Shown here one piece after another: positions 23,450 to 36,020 of a stretch of DNA of 64,000 nt. The stretch lies in the NCBI GenBank assembly GCA_030390025.1, contig CM059437.1:54684001-54748000 (forward strand). Reading direction: 5' to 3'. Source of the DNA: Squalus acanthias (lineage: Eukaryota). Position 1 is the stretch's first letter. Each line of letters opens with the position of its first letter. The notes under the pieces were generated by a model. The model saw only the letters and a program-made list of their open reading frames with translations, had not been told where the DNA came from and searched no databases. A program made the position numbers and the translations under genes.

Positions 23450-24509
23450 CAGGTGCCAGCTCTGTGAACATGACAGTGGGGCTCACCGCGATGGAACTTC
23501 TGCTGACAGCTCTGACGGCTTCTATGGCAGCTCAATGGCTGCCATTTTACTTCTTGGGCCTCGTGTTGACTGGGGTGTCCAGATCATCGTATCACTCCCC
23601 CACTCTGTTTTGGCAAAGAGCCATAGGAGAGATGAGGTGTTGTCCCAGGAGAGTAGCCTTGGCTCAATGAGAGCAGCGCCTGCTCCCACGCCACCTATTC
23701 CTCCAGTGCTCTTCTTAGTGCCACTCAGCCAGCTGGCCCAGACAGCCCTCATCCAGGCCGAGATGCTGTACTCTATATTCGGGTCCTCAAGGCTCAGAGC
23801 TGTTTGAGGGCATCCACCACAGCCATCTGAATTGTTCTGAATGGAAGCTCAGCAGCCTTCCACTTCCGAAGCTGCAGCCACTAGCGGTACAACTCGTAGC
23901 AGCACTAGTATAGGGCAACAAGCACAGAATATGACATCAAGGGGTTGCACAATGTTGATTCCTTTCATATTAATTATTATACACTTCTTTAATACAATTG
24001 CTGACGTTTTTTCTGGATTTGGTGCTGGTGTTAGTGAAGTGAGAGCAAAACCAATAAGGCTGGACTGTCGGAACGCAATCAGATTGTGGTAGTAATGATT
24101 GTGGTGATAATGATTGAGGGGCGGTTATGTATTGGGGATGGGAGCGATGATTCAGCTAAAGCACTTTTGGATGAATCGACCTCTGAGAGTTCTGGCAGCT
24201 AGGTGCGCTAGTGGTCGATGCTGCTAATGCTCTGCCTCCTCCTGCTGAACTTCTTCCTGCCCAACTGGTGGTAAAGGCTGGTCTCTCATTATTGCAAAGT
24301 TATGCAGGACACGACCACAAATCTGGAAACACAGTCAGGGCTGCAGTGCTCCTCCCGAACGATCCAGGTAGCAGAAGCGATGGCTGAGCAACTATATTTC
24401 TGGTAGTGGCCTGGCTCCTGTTGTAGGCCAGCTCCCTGTCTGTGCACACGTTCTTCACAGGAGTCATGAGCCACGGCTGAAGGGGATAGGCCTTGTCGCC
24501 CAGGAGTCA
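23450..24509 (-). mobile_element. Degenerate PIF/Harbinger transposon (transposase C-terminal fragment on the minus strand)
   Basis: The reverse strand of ~24280-24509 gives LLGDKAYPLQPWLMTPV...YNRSQATTRNIV...LDRSGGALQ.SPDCVSRFVVV..HNFAIMR across frameshifts, typical of the HARBI1/DDE_Tnp_4 family. It probably continues after 26224. Confidence 0.75.
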
Positions 24510-26223
24510 TAAGAACATAAGAACATAAGAAATAGGAGCAGGAGTCGACCAATCGGTCCCTCGAGCCTGCTCCGCCATTCAATGAGATCATGACTGATCT
24601 GATCCAACCTCAACTCTAAAGAACACAAGAAGTAGGAGCAGGACCAGGCCACTCGGCCCCTGGGCCCGCTCCGCCACCCACAGGGCCTTGACCGATCCGA
24701 ACTCAAACTCATGTCCAATTTCCAGCCCGCTCCCCGTAACCCCTGATTCCCTTTACTTCGAGGAAACGGTCTATTTCTGTTTTAAATTTATTTAATGAAG
24801 TAGCTTCCACAGCTTCCTGGGGCAGCAAATTCCACAGACCCACTACCCTCTGAGTGAAAAAGTTTCTCCTCATCTCAGTTTTGAAAGAGGAGCCCCTTAT
24901 TCTAAGATTATGTCCCCTAGTTCTAGTTTCACCCATCATTGGGAACATCCTCACCGCGTCCACCCGATCAAGCCCCTTCACAATCTTATATGTTTCAATA
25001 AGATCGCCTCTCATTCTTCTGAACTCCAATGAGTAGAGTCCCAATCTACTCAACCTCTCCTCGTATGTCCACCCACTCATCCCCGGAATTAACCGAGTGA
25101 ACCTTCTTTGTACTGCCTCGAGAGCAAGTATGTCTTTTCTTAAGTATGGACACCAAAACTGTATGCAGTACTCCAGGTGCGGTCTCACCAATACCCTATA
25201 CAACTGCAGCAATACCTCCCTGTTTTTATATTCTATCCCCCTAGCAATAAAAGCCAACATTCCATTGGCTTTCTTGATCACCTGCTGCACCTGCATACTA
25301 ACTTTTTGATTTTCTTGCACCAAGACCCCCAGATCCCTTTGTACTGCAGTACTTTCCAGTTTCTCGCCATTAAGATAATAACTTGCTCTCTGATTTTTCC
25401 TGCCAAAGTGCATAACCTCACATTTTCCAATATTGTATTGCATCTGCCAAATCTCTGCCCACTCACCCAGCCTGTCTATATCCCCTTGTAGGTTTTTTAT
25501 GTCCTCCTCACTCTCTACTTTCCCTCCCATCTTTGTATCATCTGCAAACTTTGATATGTTACACTCGGTCCCCTCCTCCAAATCGTTAATATAGATTGTA
25601 AAGAGTTGGGGACCCAGCACCAACCCCTGCGGAACACCACTGGCTACTGGTTGCCAGTCCGAGAATGAACCATTTATCCCAACTCTCTGCTTCCTGTTAG
25701 ATAACCAATCCTCCACCCATGCCAGAATATTACCCCCAATCCAGTGATTTTATCTTGAGTAATAGTCTTTTATGTGGCACCTTGTCGAATGCCTTCTGGA
25801 AGTCTAAATACACTACATCCACTAGTTCCCCTTTATCCACCCTGTACGTTATGTCCTCAAAGAACTCGAGCAAATTTGTCAGACATGACTTCCCCTTCAT
25901 AAAGCCATGCTGACTTTGTCCTATTAAATTATGTTTATCTAAATGTTCCGTTACTGTCTCCTTAATAATAGACTCCAAAATTTTACCCACCACAGATGTT
26001 AGGCTAACTGGTCTATAATTTCCAGCCTTCTGCCTACAACCCTTTTTAAATAAGGGTGTTACATTAGCAGTTTTCCAATCTGCCGGGACCTTTACTGAGT
26101 TCAGGGAGTTTTGAAAATTATTACCAAAGCATCCACAATTCCTATTGCCACTTCCCTCAAGACCCTAGGATGTAAGCCATCAGGTCCAGGGGATTTATCT
26201 GCCTTGAGTCCCATTATTTTACT
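24510..26223 (-). mobile_element. 5'-truncated CR1 LINE (same subfamily as 1939-5204)
   Basis: RT ORFs at 24709-25716 and 25730-25993. Tail (AAGAACAT)n on the plus strand. GAGTCA is repeated at 24504-24509 and 26224-26229. Confidence 0.92.
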
Positions 26224-26450
26224 GAGTCAGTGTGTGCCCTGACAGCCTTATTGAATTAAAGCATCACAGAGGACTGGCTGCCAGAAAACTTGTCATGGAC
26301 CTGCCTAGCGCGCTACCTGTGGTCGAAAACAGCGATTTTATTCCTGCAACGCACAGGAAAAGCAACTACACAAATAACATAAAATCGAATACAGCGATTA
26401 TGGGCTTATGCTTGGTTAGGAGGAACTAACTTTGTACAACCAGATATTGT

Positions 26451-27312
26451 CATAGAAACATAGAAACATGGTAGATAGGAGCAGGAGCAGGCCATTCGGC
26501 CCCTCGAGCCTGTTCCGCCATTTAGTGAGATCATGGCTGATCATGCAAATTCAGTACCCTGTCCCTGCTTTCTCCCCATATCCCTTCATCCCTTTAGCCT
26601 TAAGACATATATCCAACTCCTTCTTGAATATATTTCATGAATTGGCCTCAACTGCCTTCTGTGGTAGAGAATTCCACAGGTTCACCATTCTCTGGGTGAA
26701 GAAATTCCTCCTCATCTCAGTCCTAAATGGCTTACCCCTTATCCTTAGACTGTGACACCTGGTTCTGGACTCCCCCGCCATCGGGAACATCCTTCCTGCA
26801 TCTAGTCTGTCAAGTCCTGTTAGAATTTGATAAGTTTCAATGAGATCCCCTCTCATGCTTCGAAACTCGAGCGAATATAAACCTAATCGACCCAATCTCT
26901 CTTCACACGCCATTCCTGCCATCCCAGGTATCGGTTTGGTGAACCTTAGCTGCACTCCCACCATGGCAAGAACATCCTTCCTCAGATAAGGCGACCAAAA
27001 CTGCACACAATACTCAAGGTGTGGTCTCACCAACTCCCTGTACAACTGCAGCAAGACATCTTGCTCCTGTACAAGGACACACAGGTCTCGTTGCACTTCC
27101 CCTTTTTCCAATCTATTGCCGTTCAGATAATAATCTGTCTCCCTGTTTATGCCACCAAAGTGGATAACCTCGGATTTATCCCCATTATACTGCATCTGTC
27201 ATGCATCTGCCCAATCACCCAACCTGTCCAAATCATACTGGAGCTTCTCTGCATCCTCCTCACAGCACACACGCCCACGCAGCTTTGTGTCGTCTGCAAA
27301 CTTGGAGATATT
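26451..27312 (-). mobile_element. CR1 3' fragment with an internal deletion
   Basis: RT C-terminal ORF 26635-27195 and a CATAGAAA tail. Confidence 0.88.
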
Positions 27313-27327
27313 ACATCATGCAAACAA

Positions 27328-28545
27328 GACATAGAATCTTACAGCACAGAAGAAGGCTGTTCAGCCCATCGTACCTCTGCCGGGTCTTTGAAAGAGCTCT
27401 CCAATTAATCCCACTTCCTCTCCACTGCACTTTCTCCATAGCCCTGCAAATTTGTCTTTTTCATGTATATATGCAATTCCCTGCTTCCACCACCCTTTCA
27501 GGCAGTACATTTCAGATCCTAAGAACATAGATACATAGATACATAGAAGATAGGAGCAGGAGTAGGCCATCCGGCCCTTCGAGCCTGCTCCGCCATTTAA
27601 TGAGATCATGGCTGATCCTCCAATTCAGTATCCCGTTGTGTTAAATCAATTTTCCTCATCTCCCCACTGGTTCTTTAGCCAATTATATTAAGTCGGTGTC
27701 CATTGGTTAGCGGGCCTCCTCTCAGTGAAAATGCTTACTTTTTATTTACCCCTCATAATTTTGAACACCGCTACTAAATCGACCTTTAACTTGCTCTGAT
27801 CTAAGGAGAACAAACCTACCTTCCCTAGTCTCTCCACATAATTGAAGTCCCTCATCCCTGGTACTATTCTGGTAATCTCCTCTGCACCCTTTCCAAGGCC
27901 CCGGCATCAACTCTAAACTGAGGTGCCTGGAATTGGACACAATACTCCAGCTGAGGCTCAACCAGTGGTTTATAAAGATTTAGCATAACTTCCTTGCGTT
28001 TGTACTCTATCCAGCTATTTATAAAACCAAGTATCCCCTATAACTTTTTAAGAGCCTTATCAACTTGTCCTGCCGCCTTCAAATATTCCTATATGCGAAA
28101 CCCCACGTATCTCTGTTCCTGCACCCCATTTAAAATTGTACCATTTAGCAATTCACTGCATTAAATTTAATCTGCACTGTGCCTTCACATTTCGCCCATC
28201 TGTCTATGCCCTCTTACTGTCTGTGACGATCCTCCTCACTGTTTATTGCATTTCCAAGTTATGTGTCATCTGCCCCCTATACTCAAGTCCAGGTCAATAA
28301 TGTACTTCAAAAAGAACATTGGTTCTAATACAGACCCCTGGTTGATGCCACTGTACACTTCCCTCCAATCTGAAAAAACAACCGTTCACCACTACCCTCT
28401 GCTTTCCATTTCTGAGACAATTTACTGTCCAGGCTGCCACTACCCCATTAATCCCATGGGCTTCAATTTTGCTAACAAGTCTATTGTGTGGCAGTTTAAC
28501 AAACGCCTTTTCAAAGTCTATATACACATCATCAACCGCACTACT
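27328..28545 (-). mobile_element. Old degenerate CR1 fragment containing a short younger CR1 3'-end insertion (27521-27636)
   Basis: Degenerate RT motifs (VYIDFEKAFVKLPH) and the CR1 3' terminal module. Confidence 0.75.
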
Positions 28546-28745
28546 CTCAGTCTGATCATTTTTAAATATTAGCAATGAGATTAACAAAACATTATTATGA
28601 TATCTATCTGACTTCTTACAGAGATCAGTATCAACAAAGAATACTAAAGGGATACAGAGTATGTGATTAGTGTAAAAGTGAATGTTAAAACCATGATACT
28701 TTGCTGGACTGGTTTCAGTAAAAAGTGACAGTGGAAGTGTGATTA

Positions 28746-31700
28746 CATAAGAACAAAACGTAAGAAAGAGGAGAAGGAGTAGGCCATTTGACCTTTGAGC
28801 CTGCTCCGCAATTCAAGAAGATCATGGCTGATCTTCTATCTCATCAACACTTTCCTGCACTATTCCCATATCCCTTGATTCCCTTAATACTCAAAAATCT
28901 ATCGATCTCTGTCTTGAATATACTCAACGACTGTGCCTCCACAGCACTCTGGGGTAGAGAATTCCGAGGATTCACCACCCTCTGAGTGGGAGAAATTCCC
29001 CGTCATCTGAGTCCTAAATGGCCTATAACCTATTCTGAGACTGTGACCCCTGGTTCCAGATGCCCCAGGAGGGGAAACATCCTCCCTGCATCTACCCTGT
29101 CAAGCCCTTTAAGAATTTATATGGTTCAATGAGATCACCTCTCATTCGTCTAAACTATGTATGTAAAGTATATCAAAAGAAAAAGATTAGTGAAGACAAA
29201 TGTAAGTCGCTTACAGTCAGAAACGGGAGAATTTATAATGGGGAAAAAGTAAATGGCTGAGCAATTAAACAAATACTTTGGTTCTGTCTTCACAGAAGAG
29301 AACTCAAATAACTTTCCAGAAATGCCAGGGAACCAAGGGTCTACTGAGAAGGAGGAATGTAAGGAAATTAGTATTAGTAAAAAATAGTGCTGGAGAAATT
29401 AATAACACTGAAAGCCGATAAATCCCCAGGGCCTGATAATCTGCATCCCAGAGTACTAAAAGAGGTAGCCATGGAAATAGTGGATGCATTGGTTGTCATC
29501 TTCCAAGATTCTATAGCTTATGTAACATTTCCTTCAGATTGGAGGGTGGCAAAGGTAACCCCACTATTTAAAAAAGGAGATAAAGTCAAAAAAGGGAACT
29601 ACAGACCGGTTACCGTAGCATCAGTATTGGGTAAAAGGCTAGAGTCTGTTACAAAGGATGTGATAACAGGACACTTAGAAAATATCAACGGGATTAGACA
29701 AAGTCAACATGGATTTGTGAAAAAGAAATCGTGTTTGACAAACCTACTGGAGTTTTTTGAGGATGTTACTGGTAGAATAGATAAGGGAGAACCAGTGGAT
29801 GTGGTGTATTTGAATTTTCAGAAGGCCTTGATAAAGTCCCACATAAGAGGTTAGTGTGCAAAACTTAAGGACATGGGATTGGGGGTAATATAATGGCATT
29901 GATTGAAAATTGGTTAACAAACAGAAAACAGAGAGTAGGAATAAATGGGTCTTTTTCGGGGTGGCAGGCGGTGACTAGTGGGGTTCCGCAGGGATCAGTG
30001 CTTGGGCCCCAACTATTCACAATATATATCAATGATCTGGATGAGGGAACCAAATGTAATATATCCAAGTTTGCTGACGACACGAAACTAGGTGGGATTG
30101 TGAGTTGTGAGGAGATGCAAAGAGGGTTCAAGGTGATTTAAACAAGTTGAGTGAGTGGGCAAATACATGGCAGATGCAGTATAACGTGTATTAATGTGAA
30201 GTTATCCAATTCGGTAGGAAAACAGAAATGCAGATTATTATTTAAATGGTGATAGATTGGGAACTGTAAATGCACAGAGGGACGTGGGTGTCCTTGTACA
30301 CCAGTCACTAAAAGCAAACATGCAGGTGCAGCAAGTAGTGAGGAAGGCAAATGGTATGTTGGCCTTCATTGCAAGAGGATTTGAGTACAGGAGCATGGAT
30401 GTCTTACTACAGTTATACAGGGCTTTGGTGAGACCACACCTGGAGTACCATGTGCAGTTTTGGTCTTCTTACCTAATAAAGGATATACTTGCCATAGAGG
30501 GAGTGCAGCGAAAGTTCACCAGACTGATTCCTGGGATGGCAGGACTGTCGTATGAGGAGAGATTGGGTCGACTAGGCCTGTATTCATTAGAGTTTAAAAG
30601 AATGAGAGGGAACTCATTGAAACGTATATAATTCTGACAGGGCTAGAGAGACTGGATGCAGGGAGGATGATTCCGCTGGCTGGGGGGTCTAGAACGAGGG
30701 GTCACAGTCTCAGGATACGGGATAAGACATTTAGGACTGAGATGAGGAGGAATTTCTTCACTCAGAGGGTGGTGAACCTGTGGAATTCTCTACCACAGAA
30801 GGCTGTGGAGGCCAAGTCACTGAATATATTTAAGAAGGAGATAGATAGATTTCCAGACACAAAACGCATCAAAGGGTATGGGGAGAGCGCGGGAATATGG
30901 TATTGAGATAGAGGATCAGCCATGATCATATTGAATGGTGGAGCAGGCTCGAAAGGCCGAATGGCCTACTCCTACTCCTATTTTTCTAACTCGAGAGAAT
31001 ATAGGCCTAGTCTACTCAATCTCGCCTCATAGGACAATCCCCCCATCACAGGAACCAGTCTGGTGAAACTTCGTTGCCCTCCCTCTATGGCAAGTATATC
31101 CTTTCTTAGGTAAGGGGACCAAAATTGTGCACAATACTTCAGGTGTGTTCTCAAGAGGGCCCTACATAATTGCAGTAAGATGTCTTTACTCTTATACACA
31201 AATCCTCGTGTAATAAAGGCCAACATACCATTTGCTTTCCTAATTGTTTGCTGTACCTGCATGTTAACTTTTGTGATTCGTGTACAAGGACACCCAGGTC
31301 TCACTGAACATTTCCCAATCTAATACCATTTTAAAAATACTCTGCTTTTCTATTTTTCCTACCGAAGTGGATAATTTCACATTTCTCCACCTTATATTCC
31401 AATTGCTATGTTCTTGCCCACTCACTTAGTCTGTCGATATCCCCTTGAAGCCTCTTTGCATCCTCCTCAATGCTTACATTCCCACCCAGCTTTGTATCAT
31501 CAGCAAACTTGAATATATTACATTTGGTCCCCTCATCCAAATCATTGATGTAGATTGTAAATAGCTGAGGCCCAAGCACTGATCCCTGTGGTACCCCACT
31601 AGCTACAGCCTGCCAATCCAAAAATGACCCGTTTATTCCTACTCTCTGTTTTCTGTCCGTTAACCAATCCTTAATCTATGCTAATATATTGCCCCCAATC

Positions 31701-33112
31701 CCATGAGCCCTAATTTTGTTTAATATCCTCTTGTGTGGCACCTTATCGAATGCCTTCTGAAAATCCAAAAACACCACATCCACTGGATCCCCCTTATCTA
31801 TTCCATTATTTACAACCTCAAAAAACTAACAGATTTGTCAAACACGATTTACCATTCATAAATCCGTGTTGACTCTGCCCAATCCTGTTATTATTTTCAA
31901 AGTTCCCTGTTCCCACGTCCTTAACAATAGATTCTAACATATTCCCTGCTACTGATGTCAGGCTAACTGGTCTGTAGTTCCCCGTTTTCTCTCTCCCCCA
32001 CTTTCTTAAATAGTGGGATTACATATGTTACCGTCCAACCCGTGGGAACCATTCTAGAATTTATGAAATTTTGGAAAATGAAAACCAATGCATCCACTAT
32101 TTCTATATCCACCTCATTCAAAACCCTAGGATATAAACCATGAGGTCCAGAGGATATATCGGCTTTCAGTCCCATTAATTTCTCCAGCACTATTTTTTTG
32201 CTAATACAAATTTCTTTCAGTTCCTCATTCTCGCTGGAGCCTTGGTTCACCACTATTTCATGGAAGTTTTTTGCGTCCTTTACTACATGGTTTTTAATTA
32301 ACCCTTTCACGTTGCACAATACTACATCTAAAATGAACTGTACCCTAGTTGGTTCCTCAACATACTGATCTAGAAATCTATCTTGCATGCATTCCATGAA
32401 TTCGTCCTCCACACTATTACTGCAAATTTGGTTTGCCCAGTCTATATGTAGATTAAAGTTCCCCCTTTATTACCCTTGTTACATGCACCTCTAATTTACT
32501 GATTCATACACTGCCCTACATTACAACTACGGTTTGGAGGCCTACAAACATTTGCCACCAACGTTTTCTGCTCCTTGCTGTTTCTTAGCTCCATCTAAAC
32601 TGATTCTGCTTCTTGATTTCGGAGCTAAGATCCTTTCTCTTTACTGTCTTTATCCCATCCTTTAATATCAGGGCTACGCCTCCTCCTTTCCCATTTTCTT
32701 CTAAAGTTAAGTATCCTTGAATATTTAGTTCCCAACCTTGGTCACTTTGCAACCATGTCCCCGTTATGTCTATTAGATCAAACCTGTTAATTTCTATCTG
32801 CGCTATTAATACATCTATTTCGTTGCGAATGCTTCGCGCATTCAGATATAGTGCCTTTAGCTTTGACTTATTTCTATTTTTCACTGATGCCACCTTAGTC
32901 ACAGATGACTTCTTGCCTTTGTTACTCTCTCTGTCCCCTCCTGACCCACTCTGCTTATTTTTATCCAAAACTCGACTCTGCTCTAGAGCCGTGACATTTC
33001 TCTCGCTGCTTTTAAATTCACTCTTTCCTGAAGCCTCCCACCCACCTCCCTTCATTAGTTTAAAGCTGTGTCTATTGGCCTAGTTATTCGGTTCGCCAGG
33101 GCACAGATCCCA
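28746..33112 (-). mobile_element. CR1 LINE (EN and RT, degenerate), split by an antisense CR1
   Basis: The 3' end at 28746-29156 continues at ~30985. The EN start LYLNARSIRN is in ORF 32585-33055. Confidence 0.85.
29157..30984 (+). mobile_element. 5'-truncated CR1 nested in antisense orientation
   Basis: Frameshifted RT ORFs at 29387-30906 and a 3' module ending CCTACTCCTATTTTT. Confidence 0.88.
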
Positions 33113-33449
33113 GCCCAGTTTTCTTCCATTCTGAGTTATTACACGTAGCACCTTCCTTGGTGTTAAGAATCGCTGAACACGGATCAAAAGGAATCGAATC
33201 TTATTGAAACAGAAATCTTGCGAAGACTGAATTCGCATGATGCAAATACCTGGACAACCACATTGAGTCACTGAATTTGTGTCACCGGATAATTAATTAA
33301 AACGTACACTATGCTCATCCAATTATTGCCAGAAACACAAGGACACGCTAGTCAGTCCCTTATCTACACGGATTGTTTAACGCCACTAAAACAGATTATC
33401 TGGTCATTATCACATTGCTGTTTGTGACATAAACGATTCGGACTGGGGA

Positions 33450-34365
33450 AGCTGAAGGACAATTTTTAAAAATTGCAGATGACACCAAATTGGGGGATAT
33501 ATTTGATACTGAAGAATACTGCGACAAAATACAAGATGTTAATAAACTTGCAGAATAGGCGTGTAAATGGTGAATTAATTTAAATATAGATAAGTGTGAG
33601 GTGGTGCTTTCTGGTAGGAGGAATAAGAATGTCACAAATCCCTTGGAAAATAAGAGTCCAAATGGAGTAAAGGAGCAAAGGGATCCAGGGGTATAAATTC
33701 ACAAATCATTAAAAATTTGCAACGCAAGTTAGCAAGGCAATAACAAATGCAAACAAAGCACTGTGGTTCATTTTCAGAGGAATGGAATTGAAAAGCGGGG
33801 AATTTATGTGAAACTTCTATAGAACCTTGGTTAGACCACACTTAAGAGTACTGTGCACAGTTCTGAGCTCCATATTACAAGAAGGGTATCGGCACTGGAG
33901 AACGTGCAAAAAAGATTTATAAGGATGATACCAGAACTGCGAGGTAATAATTGTCACGAAGGACTGGTCAGGCAGGAACTCTTTCCCCATGAAACTAAAA
34001 GGATGAACTAATAGAGGTCTTTAAATTTATGAAGGGGTTTGATACCATAGAGTAGAGGAGATGTTTCCGTTTTGCGGCGTCCAAAACTGGGCGCCATAAA
34101 TATGATTGTCACTAATAAATCCAATAAAGAATTCAGGAAAAACTTCTTTGCCAAGAGTGCAGCTATCGCATGGAGTACTTGAGGCGAATAGCACAAACGC
34201 CTTTAATATGAATCTAAATACGTCCATGAGGGAGAAAGGAATAGAAGGATATGCAGATAGGGTTAGATGAAGAAGGTTAGGAGAAGGCTCATGTGGAGCA
34301 GAAACAAAGTCACACATCAGTTGGGCCTGATGGCCTGTGCTGTAAATTCTATGTAATTCTATGAA
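33450..34365 (+). mobile_element. Old degenerate CR1 3' fragment
   Basis: GCAGATGACACCAAATTGGG (ADDTKLG) and a terminal TTCTATG repeat. Confidence 0.75.
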
Positions 34366-34608
34366 TTTAAACAGATGTGATTAAAATATATATTGTAAGA
34401 TTTCTTTCCCAAAATGTCAAAATAATAGTAATCTATCGTGTCTGCAAACTTGCTATTCCGACTGATTTCACTGACTTGACATATAATGTGCAGAATATCA
34501 TAAAGAATAAAACCTCATTATTTAGCCATATTTAAAAAATTGCTATGGATTGGTACAGAGGAATCGGTCAGAAAAGAATAACAGCACCTGAGATAATGGA
34601 AGGGTCAT

Positions 34609-34614
34609 TTTATT
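34609..34614 (-). terminator. Candidate polyadenylation signal of the IgL gene
   Basis: AATAAA on the minus strand ~215 nt after the stop. It is also present in the paralogous 3' UTR (~23154). Confidence 0.55.
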
Positions 34615-34827
34615 ACACTACGGTATGTGTAACGTTACACTGAAATTTGATCAGTTCAGGGTTTACACACTGTAAAATACAGACAGCGGAATACAGCCGA
34701 CAAACTGCACATATGTTGTGATTTGAAATGTTACACTTAAAATCAAACATGTACTATCCGAATACGGAATTTATTTTTAAAGGGAAGTTAATAATGGCAG
34801 GACAAATCAATACATAAGATTCCTGAC

Positions 34828-35150
34828 TCACATACAGCTGGATCTGGCGATGCTTGTTTGAAGCGGGTTTGCCTGAGACTCGTGTTTAACCACACAGGTG
34901 TAAAGCTCATTTGAGTTCCACTCTGAGGCTGGAAGAGTCAGATAACTGCTCACACTGAACGTGTTGTCCGTCTCCTGCTGGATCCGACTGGTCTCAACGC
35001 CATTCCCCCGGACACTGCCATCTACAGTCCACTCAATCTCCACAGCGCCCGGGATGAAACCGTTCACCAAACACACCAGGGTCGCTGTGTTCTTTGCTGC
35101 GATTTGATCGGATGAAGGCGGAAGAACAGACACCGAGGGGGCCCGCGGAT
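34828..35150 (-). CDS. IGLC: Ig light chain constant exon (shark type II / lambda-like)
   Basis: Acceptor TTTCAG|AT. Encodes (N)PRAPSVSVLPPSSDQIAAKNTATLVCLVNGFIPGAVEIEWTVDG...FSVSSYLTL...YTCVVKH...SSCM*, a C1-set domain with a penultimate interchain Cys. Confidence 0.96.
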
Positions 35151-35544
35151 CTGAAACGTAGAATACAATTAAAGGATATCCATACTTAAGTAACTTAAAA
35201 AAAAGTCAGAATCAATGTGTTACTTTCTTCAAATCTTACAATAAAATTCGGCGTCACTTTACAAACGTATATGAAATTTAATATAACGGAAGCTCAACCG
35301 TGTCAATTCTCCAATCACAGGGGCCCGCAGTTCTAGAACGTTTATAACCTGAGAACATTTTCCTATTTTTCCTACATGGAAAGGAACGTGTAACAAATAT
35401 TTCCATGGAAATATGATCCAAACTCTGTGCATATATTATAAATCGAATTTAATATCTGTCCACTAAGATATAATTTTTCTTTCAGTTTTGTACCATTTCG
35501 TTTCCCCGTTAAACTTTAGCGCGTCTTTATAAATGTTTCCACAT

Positions 35545-36020
35545 TTCATAGAATCATAGAATTTCACAGCACAGGAGTCCATTCGACCCATCGTGCCTGT
35601 GCCGGCTGTTTGAAAGAGCTTTCGATTAGTCCCACCCCCCCGCCTTCTCCTTCCCCATAGCCCTGCACATTTTTCCTTTTCAAGTATTTATCCAATTCCC
35701 TTTTGAATGTTACTATTGAATCTGCTTCCACCACCCTTTCAGGTAGTGCATCCCAGATCATAACAATTTGCAGTTTGACAAATTTCTCCTCATCTCCACC
35801 CTGGTTCCTTTGCCAATAACCTGCTCGTGCAAAAAGTTGCTCCGTATCTGCTCTATCAAAACCCTTCATAATTTAGAACACCTCGTTAAATCTCCCTTTC
35901 ATCTTTTCTGCTCTAAGGAGAACAATCCCAGTTTCTCTAGTCTCTCTATTTAACTGAAGTTCCTCATCTCTGGTACGACGGGTACCATAAATCCCTTCTG
36001 CATCCCCTCCAAGATCTTGA
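35545..36020 (-). mobile_element. CR1 3' fragment in the J-C intron
   Basis: CATAGAAT tail and RT C-terminal homology (ORF 35564-35869). Confidence 0.8.

Noticed and set aside
28746-30984. Divergently oriented CR1 pair as a twin-priming 5' inversion
   Set aside because: Both pieces have their own 3' ends and the minus-strand element resumes at ~30985, so this is a nested insertion.
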